Assembly (NCBI GenBank): GCA_009859145.1
Contig: VRVR01000045.1
Span: 177,940-241,939 of the forward strand
DNA length: 64,000 nt
Direction of reading: 5' to 3'
From: Andalucia godoyi And28
Lineage: Eukaryota; Protista; Jakobida
Shown: positions 32,152 to 41,928 of the stretch, piece after piece
Layout: the number at the start of each line of letters is the position of its first letter
Position numbering within the stretch: the first letter of the stretch is position 1
Notes under the pieces: model-generated
The model's database searches: none
Told to the model about the DNA's origin: nothing
Seen by the model: the letters and a program-made list of their open reading frames with translations, nothing else
Program-made: the position numbers and the translations under genes

Positions 32152-33513
32152 ATGCCCTCAACAATCACCTGGTGCACGATCGGCGCACCCATTGGCATCA
32201 TCATTGCCTCTGTAGTCTTGGTACCATTGCAGTGTACGTATCCCAGCGACAATCTGTCGTGTCAAGATGCATCCATTATTGCGTCCATCGTCTTCCCACT
32301 GACGCTGTGCGTTTGTTCGCTGCTTTCTGGGAAGAAGAAATACAGAGAAGTGTCACTGATATGCGCCTTTCTATTCGCTCTCGGGACATTTTCGTATGCC
32401 ACCACAACTGGAGACTCAACTCTATCCACCGGGCTTCTTGGGGCGTGGGCGGCGATGATTGCGTTTCTGTGGTCCGTCCATCAGTATTTTGAAGACCAGA
32501 GGAAGGAACAGGAGCAGAAAATGGAAGAAGACAGAGAGCGTGCCATAGCGAATTTGCAAGCATTCTCTCGCCGCTTATCTGAGCAGCAGATCGTTTACCG
32601 GATTGTAGAGTTGTTGAGCCATGATCACATCGATAAGTGGAATGAAGACGAGATCCTGTCGATTATTAGCCACATTCCGCATGATCATTCTTTTTCCGTT
32701 TCCGCGTCAACTCGAAAGAGTATCATAGTGTCTTTCATTTCTGACTTTGGGAAATTATGCCAAGAGGCAAAAGACATCGAAGAGCCGTTGTATGGATCAT
32801 TGCTGAACTTTGCCTATCCGTTATTCATGCTTCTCGAAGTACGGATATATCCGCCACCAGCGATCTTGTCGCACATCCTTGCATTCTGGTCCCTTATCAA
32901 AGGAAATGATCATTTGTCGCAAGGCCACATTAGGGCTGCATTTTGCAGGATGCGGCAGCAGGATTCTGTGGTTCTGGTCGACAAATATACTGACATTTAC
33001 CAGACGTTGGTAACCAAACTGTTCACCGAAGATGGAGAGAAGTTTTTCTGGTGGTTTGTCGACAAAGAACATCTCCTTGGTCATATAGTAGTCCAGACAC
33101 GGCAGCACCGACTGAATGATGAGCATTCATGTGAATTGAAGAAGAGATTGGGGATTCCCAACGCAGTGACCATTCCAAAGCCCGATCCGTATGATTCTGA
33201 GAATGGAGACATCCACGCTGTAGAACCCTTTTCTCAGGTAATTTATTCCATCATCAACGAACTTCCTGGAGACCTAGTGCGAAATTGCGCACGTGCGAAA
33301 TGTGGTATCTTCCCTCCATTGGCCCGGTGGGTGATACGCCGCTACCTAGCGAGGACAGCAGGCGACTTGGCGAACTTTGCGCACACGGAATTGACAATAC
33401 ACGACAGATTCCGTTGGGATGAAAACAGAATCAGGCGCATCCAGAAGGAATCGAACGATCACGATATCAAACGCACATTTCGATCCTTGTTTTTTCTCAA
33501 CGGCACAACATAG
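32152..33513 (+). CDS. Membrane protein with four N-terminal TM helices, a coiled coil and a helical cytosolic domain of unknown family
   Basis: 453-codon ATG ORF with four hydrophobic segments in aa 7-110, then EDQRKEQEQKMEEDRER. Stop lies 14 bp from the stop of the convergent caspase-helicase. Confidence 0.75.
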   Translation: MPSTITWCTIGAPIGIIIASVVLVPLQCTYPSDNLSCQDASIIASIVFPLTLCVCSLLSGKKKYREVSLICAFLFALGTFSYATTTGDSTLSTGLLGAWAAMIAFLWSVHQYFEDQRKEQEQKMEEDRERAIANLQAFSRRLSEQQIVYRIVELLSHDHIDKWNEDEILSIISHIPHDHSFSVSASTRKSIIVSFISDFGKLCQEAKDIEEPLYGSLLNFAYPLFMLLEVRIYPPPAILSHILAFWSLIKGNDHLSQGHIRAAFCRMRQQDSVVLVDKYTDIYQTLVTKLFTEDGEKFFWWFVDKEHLLGHIVVQTRQHRLNDEHSCELKKRLGIPNAVTIPKPDPYDSENGDIHAVEPFSQVIYSIINELPGDLVRNCARAKCGIFPPLARWVIRRYLARTAGDLANFAHTELTIHDRFRWDENRIRRIQKESNDHDIKRTFRSLFFLNGTT

Positions 33514-33527
33514 TAAATCGACTATAG

Positions 33528-36500
33528 CTATGGCACCCACGACTTCGGCTTCTTTGAATTCTGCAGTGAAGTTGATGGACCAGGCCTTTTGAGGGAGCCT
33601 GTCTCGGGTTTGGGGATAGAGGATTTGACACTTCCTGAAGCGGTGGCATTTGCTGCATGGGAAGATGAAGATCCCGTATTGGATGAGGATTTTTGAGTGT
33701 TGCCCTTGGGCTTTGCTGGAGACGCCGACGATGACTCACCAGTATTCTCGATATAAAGATCCTGAATTTGTTGTTCGCTGGTCACGTTGTTCTGACGACA
33801 ATCCGCCCATAGCATCCTAGAACGCAACTCGACAACAGCAGACGTGGACACATCCCGAGGCCGCAGTCCAATTGGAACACTAGTCCCGGATGTCGCGGAA
33901 GACGCAGAAGCAGTCTGTGAAGACCTCCATTGTTGAATGATAAACTCACGGCCATTTTTCTTAAGAGTGGGTGAGCAAGAAAGGAAGAACTTCACGCACT
34001 CTACGGGCATTCCGTATTGTAGTTGAAGCATACTCATATGAAAACGTTCCGCAGAAGGCGTCGAACCTCGGATACCTTGAAACACCTGCTTTGCTACGCG
34101 GAAAATATCCCATAGCATGTTGCTCAGCGGTGCCCATCCATTATTCACGACTCGGAAGCCAAGACCCGTTACAGTTATTATGTCTCTGACGGACATTCCT
34201 TTCGTCCAACATATCATAAACAAGAGAAAACGTCTCTTATTCTCAGCTTCATCTTTAGGGACGCTAGCAGGAATAGCCGCAGAAGAAATGGTCTTAATGG
34301 TTCTCAAAAGATCTGTGTCGTTCTCGAGTACGACTAACCACAATTCGTCTGTAATAGGAGGTGAGGGGGTTGCTGGGTGAAATTGCTTCCAAAAACCATC
34401 TGTTTTCCCCTTTTCATTCTTCCGTTTCCCTGAGATCGAACAGAAAACGCCTAGAATGAATGGAATCGACGAAATATCAATAGTTTGATCTTGATCATTG
34501 AGAATTGTAAATAGAACCTTGATGTTCTTGCGAATTTTCCGTATGTCATCCAATTCTAGACGTCTGCTGGCGACAAACATACGACCAATGGAAGTCAAAC
34601 AAACACGATCCTGTTTCTCATCAACAAGACACTGCTTTTTCATTTCCATCAGGACATCTCGAAACATGTCATCCTTGGAACAGCAATGGAAGCCAAAAGT
34701 GCTCTTGAATGCGGCTTCCAGAGAGTCAATAGAGACACGGTCCACATCGAATGCGGAAAGGAGCAAGCCCACGAACCTGGTTTGATCTGACATAGTGCTT
34801 AATGAAGAAGCCACCACCGGTTCAGGCGGCTGATCATGATAACTATTCAGATAGTGTTCCTTTTTGTCCTTTCCCGTGACAGCCATGATCGCATGACCAG
34901 CAGAATAAAATGAGTCGGAAGTGAACTTAGATCGAGCAACAGGTGGGTCAATATGCCCCGGACGTCCTGCTCGGCCGATGAAGTTCAGATACTTGGACAC
35001 AGGAAAGAAAGAGGAATCTTGGAGTAACATTTCATCCAAGACAACAACAGAAGTACTGGTGTTCACACCCTCGGCGAGAGAAGTCGTGCACACAACAGCT
35101 TTCAGTCCATCGTGCTTCATGTCCAGCAATGATTCAACCCACTCCCTCTCGTGCATCGTCATATCTGCGCAATGAGTACCTATTCCATACTTCACAGATT
35201 TTGTCATAGCCTCACCATATGGTGTCATCGCCGTCCCTGCAATCGTCGCACATTGAGGGTCTTTAATACGAAGATATCCTTTGATAAGAGAATTGTAGAA
35301 CGGAGCATGTTCACCAGCACTGAGATGAGCGAAACACTCCAAAGTGGCTTCAACAATCGGGAAAATATCCGCGATTCGCCCAACCACAAATAATATCGGA
35401 CCCTTTTTCTGTGCTAACAGAGAGACAATTATCTTCGCAGAACGAATGGCGACATCATGCACACGAATCTTCCATTTGAAAATAGCATTGAGCACAGGAG
35501 TGTTGCCCGGATTCATAGAAATCGAAGGAATCGACGGATTCAAACTCTTCGCTACTTTCGGCGACACGATATCAAAAACGTATTCAGAGATGATCCTGCG
35601 TTCAGACGAGGGTGTTATGCTCACAACAAATTCTTTGGATTCCAACCAGCGAATCAAGGACGTGCTTGTTTCCAGCATGCCAGACAGCAGTAGCTTTTGG
35701 ACTGTCGATTTCTCCATAATCTTGGTTAGCACAACATCTACTATCTTCCCTCGTTCCTTGATCCCAATGAGAACAAATTCGTCAGCAACGACTAAGGAGA
35801 GCCCCCCAAGGAAGTTCATATTCGAGCTCATGATAGAGTAAAACATCTCATACGTCATAACACACACATCGAAACGAAGAAAAGATGCAGATGAATCTTG
35901 ATCAGGGAAATCGCCAGTGCACAGAACAATCCTCGACAATGGAAAATGCGGCTTTGTGTACTCTTGTAGCAATCCGTAATATTGGTTGGCCAACGCTTTC
36001 AAGGAGCACAAGATGACGACACGCCCTTTCATGGACAGCGTAGCACAAATACGAATCAAAGCGCAAAAAGTCTTCCCTTCTCCGGTTCCCGCACATATCA
36101 AACGATTCTTCCATTGCTTGGAGTCAACAGTAAGAACCTCTTTTAGAATCTCATCCTGGAAACTCTTCAAAGAATGACGTTTCGAAAATAAATATTGATG
36201 AAGAAGCGCATCCAGCATCCTCTTATCCACTCGAATTTGAGAGAGAAAGGTTTGCATGCTCGCACCAGCGCGAAAGGAAGGAACCGCTGACGAGGGAGAA
36301 GGTGTACGAACAGTTTGGGCAAGAAGGTTGGAACTGATCGTTCTCAACGTCTTAGACATGCACAGTTGAAGGTAAGGTGGATCCTTGATAGCAGCCTTTC
36401 CCAAGCTAACGTTCACGAAGGTGTCCGTAAAGACGCCACCACCAGGACAATATTCATATGCATGTTCGTTCCCGGAAGCGCCAACCCAAACAAACGATTT

Positions 36501-36941
36501 GCATTGTTGAATTACAGACTCCAGCGACTTTGAAGAGCAGCAATCCAATAATATCCAAACGTCTTGTAGAAGCTTGCAATCCTCCAAAAGATCTTTCAAC
36601 CAGTATACTCCAGAAACATCACTTTGGTCTGCGTTGAAGTCATGGCAGGCTAAACCAACCCGTTCTTCTGTGGGAAGAGCCTGCACAACAAGATGACCGG
36701 CAAAATACAGCAAAAGCCCACCATTCTTGTGGTTAGCACATAACTCCTGCAGTTTGTGGCGACACGTTGATGACGTTGCACCCTCATCCACAACAAGCTC
36801 GAATGACCCACGTGCATTGTCTTGGAAAAGGGCAAGCATCTTTTGAGCATCGAGGGCAGCGGAGGGAAGTTCTGTTGCATTGAAGGAGCTGCGAGACAAG
36901 CGAGAAACGCCGACGAACAGCGCAGATTCGGTTCGTTCCAT
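33528..36941 (-). CDS. Caspase-like (Peptidase C14) protease fused to a Ski2/Hel308-like SF2 helicase
   Basis: Protease: ALFVGV...LPSAALDA, YFAGH (His), LLDCC (Cys), AYEY..GGVFT. Helicase: AGTGEGKT, SLKALANQ, MTYEM, VADEF, ERG, LLSGM, GIGTH, CTTSLAEGVN, IGRAGRPG. Confidence 0.88.
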   Translation of the reverse strand: MERTESALFVGVSRLSRSSFNATELPSAALDAQKMLALFQDNARGSFELVVDEGATSSTCRHKLQELCANHKNGGLLLYFAGHLVVQALPTEERVGLACHDFNADQSDVSGVYWLKDLLEDCKLLQDVWILLDCCSSKSLESVIQQCKSFVWVGASGNEHAYEYCPGGGVFTDTFVNVSLGKAAIKDPPYLQLCMSKTLRTISSNLLAQTVRTPSPSSAVPSFRAGASMQTFLSQIRVDKRMLDALLHQYLFSKRHSLKSFQDEILKEVLTVDSKQWKNRLICAGTGEGKTFCALIRICATLSMKGRVVILCSLKALANQYYGLLQEYTKPHFPLSRIVLCTGDFPDQDSSASFLRFDVCVMTYEMFYSIMSSNMNFLGGLSLVVADEFVLIGIKERGKIVDVVLTKIMEKSTVQKLLLSGMLETSTSLIRWLESKEFVVSITPSSERRIISEYVFDIVSPKVAKSLNPSIPSISMNPGNTPVLNAIFKWKIRVHDVAIRSAKIIVSLLAQKKGPILFVVGRIADIFPIVEATLECFAHLSAGEHAPFYNSLIKGYLRIKDPQCATIAGTAMTPYGEAMTKSVKYGIGTHCADMTMHEREWVESLLDMKHDGLKAVVCTTSLAEGVNTSTSVVVLDEMLLQDSSFFPVSKYLNFIGRAGRPGHIDPPVARSKFTSDSFYSAGHAIMAVTGKDKKEHYLNSYHDQPPEPVVASSLSTMSDQTRFVGLLLSAFDVDRVSIDSLEAAFKSTFGFHCCSKDDMFRDVLMEMKKQCLVDEKQDRVCLTSIGRMFVASRRLELDDIRKIRKNIKVLFTILNDQDQTIDISSIPFILGVFCSISGKRKNEKGKTDGFWKQFHPATPSPPITDELWLVVLENDTDLLRTIKTISSAAIPASVPKDEAENKRRFLLFMICWTKGMSVRDIITVTGLGFRVVNNGWAPLSNMLWDIFRVAKQVFQGIRGSTPSAERFHMSMLQLQYGMPVECVKFFLSCSPTLKKNGREFIIQQWRSSQTASASSATSGTSVPIGLRPRDVSTSAVVELRSRMLWADCRQNNVTSEQQIQDLYIENTGESSSASPAKPKGNTQKSSSNTGSSSSHAANATASGSVKSSIPKPETGSLKRPGPSTSLQNSKKPKSWVP

Positions 36942-37424
36942 TTGTCTTTAACAAAGGAAGGTTGAAAGATAAAAATTTCTGTTGATTCTGTTTTCTTCTT
37001 CTTCATCTCACTGGGTGAAAGGAACCTGAAAGATTTCCCCCGAAATTGCATGCCGCGTCTTTTTTGTTTGGCGTAGCTTGATGCTGTCCGAGGAGCCTCA
37101 CTTGAGTACTATTTGAGGCGTTTCGATTTGCTTTGTTCATTTTCACGCTGAGCGCTTGTTTGGCTGTTTCTTTGGCGCTTGCTCTTTTGTAGATCTTCCT
37201 CTGTGGCGTCACTGAGGGTGGGCGGAGTCACGCGCGACATTTTCATCCCATGTAGCTGCTTCATGCACAATATTCACTCGTAGTTGATACGGGCTGTTTT
37301 GCGGAGAGCAGGCGAGTTTTGCTTGAGTCTGAGATTGCTGTCAGTCCAGCTAACTTGGCTTTGGTCCGCAGTACTGTTTCTTCTGAAACTTGATGCAGAG
37401 CATCGCTGAGACTTGGATGTTGGA

Positions 37425-37870
37425 CCCTTTGAGCGAGCTTGAGCTGCTTGCCCTTTGAGATTTCGAGCTTGCTTGTCTCTTTGAGATTGAGCTGCTTGTC
37501 TCTTTGAGAATGAGCTGCTTGTCCCCTTTGAGATTGAGCTGCTTGTCTCTTTGAGAATGAGCTGCTTGTCCCCTTTGAGCTGAGCTTCTGGACCCTTTGA
37601 GCTGAGCTTCTGGTTCCCTTTGAGATTGAGCTGCTTGTCCCCTTTGAGATTGAGCTGCTTGTCCCCTTTGAGATTGAGCTGCTTGTCTCTTTGAGAATGA
37701 GCTGCTTGTCCCCTTTGAGATTGAGCTGCTTGTCTCTTTGAGAATGAGCTGCTTGTCCCCTTTGAGATTGAGCTGCTTGTCCCCTTTGAGATTGAGCTGC
37801 TTGTCCCCTTTGAGATTGAGCTGCTTGTCTCTTTGAGAATGAGCTGCTTGTCCCCTTTCAGATGAGCTGA
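37425..37870 (+). repeat. Tandem array of 23/24-bp units (GAGATTGAGCTGCTTGTCCCCTTT), about 18 copies
   Basis: Directly visible. 23-bp (..GTCTCTTT) and 24-bp (..GTCCCCTTT) variants partly alternate. Confidence 0.95.
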
Positions 37871-37873
37871 TTC

Positions 37874-38543
37874 ACTGAAACTTAAATGAAATTGCTTATT
37901 GAATAATGATATGAGAGATAGAAGAAGTAAAAGAATATAATAATAATAATAATAATAATAAGTTATCTACTGTAATGTGTGTCGTCCAAATTAGGAAGGT
38001 TTTGTGTTTCTGCTTACTTAGTCCTGTGAACACCCCCAACCCGCTTTCCCAGATAGCCTCCCCTGAAAATGTAACCCTAGCCCTAACCCTAGCCCCACGT
38101 CAAAATACAAAACACACAATACAAAACAATAATATTAATAAATAAGAATAATGATAAAGAAGTAATTAGTATAATGAGTTTTAGAGTGTGTAGTTGTTTG
38201 TTTTAGAGTGGTTAGGGTGTATTTGTATGTTATTTTATTAGATGGGTTAGGGTGGGGTGTAGTTGTGGAATGGTCTTTACCCCTGTTCACAGGTCTAATT
38301 GAGCAGAACCTCTGTTTTTTACTATTTTAGGTGAAATATCCCGCTAAATTCCCCGCCTACGGTCAGTTGAAAAGCAAGTGACGGCTGTAGAGATCATTTC
38401 GTTTTACATTCAATTCCTCTAAATAAAAGGGAAAACCACACGCAAAGAGGAACTAAAAAGGAACTGAAAAAGGAACTGAAAAAGGAAAGAAGAAAGGAGC
38501 CAAGAAAGGAGCCAATCGCTGAACTCAGAATACGACTTAAAGG
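37874..38543 (+). promoter_or_regulatory. Highly conserved non-coding core of the inverted repeat: (AAT)n tract, 24-bp dyad arms and telomere-like hexamers
   Basis: Near-identical to revcomp of 55790-56460. Internal inverted repeat 38009-38032 / 38284-38307 matches 21/24. CCCTAG/CCCTAA at 38072-38096 and TTAGGG near 38212 and 38247. Function is inferred. Confidence 0.6.
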
Positions 38544-40378
38544 GGCTCTTACAGTAGTTGAATGCGTGCAACAGGTGACTTTACTGTGCTTCAACAGCAT
38601 TGTACAAACCTCTGATTCTCAGCTCCTTAAAAAGTATAGCCTCGCTTCTTACGCAGTTACAACTCTATGCCGGATGCTTAAAAGGATCCTAATTTGCCCA
38701 CAAACCCGTTTCAAGCCACCTACAGTTTCAACTGTAGAAAACCCACAACCCAGCCATCAAGACGCCACAAGACCCAACTCTAAACCCCAAACGCTTACAG
38801 CAACACCATTGAGACGAGCAGCGTGAACCTAGCAGCCGCCAAGTTCCCTTCTTCAAGCCAAACTCTCATTCTCGTAACCCAAGCACCAACTACAAAACAA
38901 TCCCACACAAGTTACTGACAGTCTCAGCTTGCAATCACTTCAGTCCCTCATCTTCGCCATCTTGAAGTCGCATTCAGAGAAGCAGCAGACTGCATACACC
39001 TCCACTGCAGAGCGCTTCAAAGCCGTATCACTGGAATCACTGAGACGTTTCCCTATCAACGTCGCTTTGAACAAGACAACGGATCCCACATCCTCAGCAG
39101 TCATCTCTGAGTCCCAATCACATGCGGGCACTACAAACCAGGCCCCAGCAAGGATGAGACAAAAGAGATTCTCATTAGTATCCACTTCTGGTCTTGCTCT
39201 AAACCACTCAAAAGGTTAAATCAAAGTTCAGTTGGAGTACTGGTCAAGTGCGGCTTGTGGCACCCGTCTTGGTCCAAGAATCGACAAAGGACAACAAAAT
39301 CTTCACCACTGCTAAAATACAGATCGAACTCTATGACAAAGCAAGTTCTGAAATGAACGAGCCTGTTAAATGAAACAAAGAACATCTTGCTGCAAACTAA
39401 AGCGCAATCTCCGCTCCCAATCTCGCTAAGGAAAGCAACCACCATCTGTTAATAGGTACTATAGAATAGCGCGCTGTCAACTTTGTCACCGTCTCAACAG
39501 CATCGATACGGTTTTAAATGAATGTAGCCAGAGACAATAAGGATGTCTTCAGAGGGAGATGAGACACCTCAGCACACTCTTCCAGCCATCATCACGACAA
39601 GACATTCACCACGACAATCACAAAATTCCGCTCAAGTCGTCCGGATGCGGTGTTCTGCTGCAAGACAGATACGAAAGCGTACAGAATGAGAACCAGAAAC
39701 TGGACTGACAGTCTATCAGTCTTTCCTGCCTAATAGTATCCTTTGGAAGGAAATGCCTTAGTTTCATTTTGCTTGAGAGTGAAACTTGCGAAATTCATTT
39801 GTGCGGTCGGCAGGAACAGGTGCGATGCTGCTTACGACAGATACAATTACAGAGCAACTGTGATCGACAACCGTCGCTTGAGCTTCACTGACGAACCCCG
39901 TTCCTGAAGAGAAGCCACAGGCTCAGATACATGAATAATCACCTAATAACATAGCATGCAAGAAGTACGAAACCGGACGGAACAATGAAACAGCGTGGTT
40001 TCCCGATCTGCTCATACATTAATTTCTTGTTCACCGGTCCTTTGAGGCAGCTACTTAGAGTACTTGCCTAATATGGAAAAGGCCCTTTCATGTCCATCAT
40101 GATTCGGAATCGCCGCTGTGCATTCGGAGCATCAAATTCAACTGGATCCCATCTCCACTATTCCGGAGTACGTCGAGTATTACCGTATACACATTGCCGA
40201 TCAGCACCCCAGAGAATGGTAAACGAATGAGGCTACTCCCATCTACCTTTATCTGCTTGCTAGCTTTTTCTCTTCCTTTTCTTTCTTTCTTTCTTCTTTA
40301 TTATTATTTTTTTCTTCCTCCTTCTTTCTTCTCTCTCATTACAGAAAATTCAAACATTCACTTGTTTTCCTGAACGCA

Positions 40379-41191
40379 ATGAATCAAGAGTTGTCTATCA
40401 CTATTGGAAAGTACCGCAACCGTCCAGTCTCTGTGCTTCTTTCGGATGCTGCGTATTGTCAGCGCTATCTGAAAAAATATTCAAAGTATTTTCAAAATCT
40501 CGATCGTCAACGTCTTTACGACTATATCAGTGGCAGTACTAGCAATCGCAGCAACGTTCTACTTGCGGAAAAGCAAGCGAATCGCAGGCGAAAGGAATTG
40601 CAAAAAAGGTTCCTATCCGACGAAGATTTTTCGCTCGCAACGAGTCAGCGTGTCTCCTCGGCTCTTGGGATACCGTCCATTACAACTACCTACAGGACGG
40701 TGGTACCTCCATCCTGTGCAGTCAAGGAGTATGAATCTGCTGATAAATTAGAAGTCCTTTGTACAGAGATGGAACCGCTTGGTTTCGATGTTCGGGTGGA
40801 TGCACAGTCATCAATAACTGTTTCTGTGAACCTCACTGATGTAGAGCCTGGCGATCTCCTTGAAATTAAGAAGAACTGCTCTCCAGAATGTGTTCTTGAG
40901 GACTCGCATAATAACAGTGTTCGGCTGACTGTGGACCATCGCAATGAGCGTGTCTCCTGCATATTTAAGCTGCAGCCACTCCTTCAAGATGACTACCCTA
41001 TAGTTTTGGACGACATGAAAAAAAGAAAAGAAGCATATGAATCGAAATACCCGCTGTGTGCTAACAGTGGTACGTTGAGATACTTTATTCTTTACGTGGA
41101 AGAGTTCCGCTCGGAGGTTCTTAGTAGAGAAGAATTGACGAAATATTTCGCATCGTCGGATATTCATGTATTGTTTCCCGCTGAACAGTGA
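40379..41191 (+). CDS. Virus-like protein: N-terminal GKY motif (DUF3820-like) plus a degenerate PD-(D/E)XK-like domain
   Basis: ITIGKYRNRPVSVLLSDAAYC, GFDV and FKLQPLLQDDYPIVLDDMK..ILYVEEF resemble a family recalled from large DNA viruses (FGKYKG..; EIKP..GDDYP.VL.QMK). Needs a search. Confidence 0.6.
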   Translation: MNQELSITIGKYRNRPVSVLLSDAAYCQRYLKKYSKYFQNLDRQRLYDYISGSTSNRSNVLLAEKQANRRRKELQKRFLSDEDFSLATSQRVSSALGIPSITTTYRTVVPPSCAVKEYESADKLEVLCTEMEPLGFDVRVDAQSSITVSVNLTDVEPGDLLEIKKNCSPECVLEDSHNNSVRLTVDHRNERVSCIFKLQPLLQDDYPIVLDDMKKRKEAYESKYPLCANSGTLRYFILYVEEFRSEVLSREELTKYFASSDIHVLFPAEQ

Positions 41192-41279
41192 TTCTATTCT
41201 ACCCTCTTGGGGGGTTACTAATGGCTGTCATTGAATGACGAACTGAAGATGTGCTTGAGGTTTTGATGTAATAAACATT

Positions 41280-41681
41280 TTGAATTTCGTGAGCTCTATA
41301 ATATTTCTCGTGTTTATTTCACATAAAGAGGGATTGGAAAACAATTTTGTGTTGAGTTCAGACCATACTTCTGTGAAGAACGCAACTGCATTGGAAGATA
41401 AAGGAGTAAGCAAAACTGATTTGCCGTTGTGTGTTCCCCGGGGTATCATTGTGGCGAACCTGAGCGGAGCCTTACGAGTACTTATAGGCTACTATGTCAA
41501 ACAGGCAGTCCCCGTGGCAGCACGTCAACTTAAGATATTTGGTTCAGCAAATGATGGCTTTTCAACGTGCGAGTATTATCATAAATTAATATGCAACGCT
41601 TCGACTAGAAGCCTTTACGAGCATACGAAGTTTCATATCGATAAATGCTCTTGCCGTTGGTGTGATTCCTTGGAACAGTAA
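41280..41681 (+). CDS. Hypothetical small protein
   Basis: 133-codon ORF with hydrophobic N-terminus and C-terminal Cys/His; TTG start and no family recognised. Confidence 0.25.
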   Translation: MNFVSSIIFLVFISHKEGLENNFVLSSDHTSVKNATALEDKGVSKTDLPLCVPRGIIVANLSGALRVLIGYYVKQAVPVAARQLKIFGSANDGFSTCEYYHKLICNASTRSLYEHTKFHIDKCSCRWCDSLEQ

Positions 41682-41928
41682 GGATAAGGGCACAGAGACA
41701 GTTAGTCCTGTTCCACTTGAGATTGTTTACAAGCCAATCGTGAAACGGTCATTCCCCATTCTTCAGCATCAATGCGCGTTTACGGTTTCGAATTCACAAA
41801 CATATGGACCACATCAACATAATAGAGTATCAGATAAGCAGAACACACAGTTGGAGGTGCTGCTTTCATCACTATGACCACCTTCCGAGCTCCTGGAATA
41901 CGGTCTCATGAACGAACCATCACGCTCA

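Larger units (their letters stand above)
37000..40330 (+). repeat. Left arm of a ~3.3 kb inverted repeat
   Basis: Reverse-complement similarity to ~53880-57170, traced block by block. Roughly 60-70% in the flanks and above 90% in 37874-38543. Boundaries approximate. Confidence 0.85.

Noticed and set aside
37425-37870. 23/24-bp repeat arrays (also 56461-56780) as a CRISPR array
   Set aside because: Units are head-to-tail with no unique spacers, and no cas genes are present.
38072-38256. True telomere or chromosome-fusion site
   Set aside because: Only a few degenerate hexamers, embedded in a duplicated non-telomeric core.
38880-40230. Alternative genetic code suggested by stops shared between the two repeat arms
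   Set aside because: TGA, TAA and TAG all occur along with frameshifts, and shared stops are expected at ~70% nucleotide identity. Intact genes in the window use all three codons as stops.
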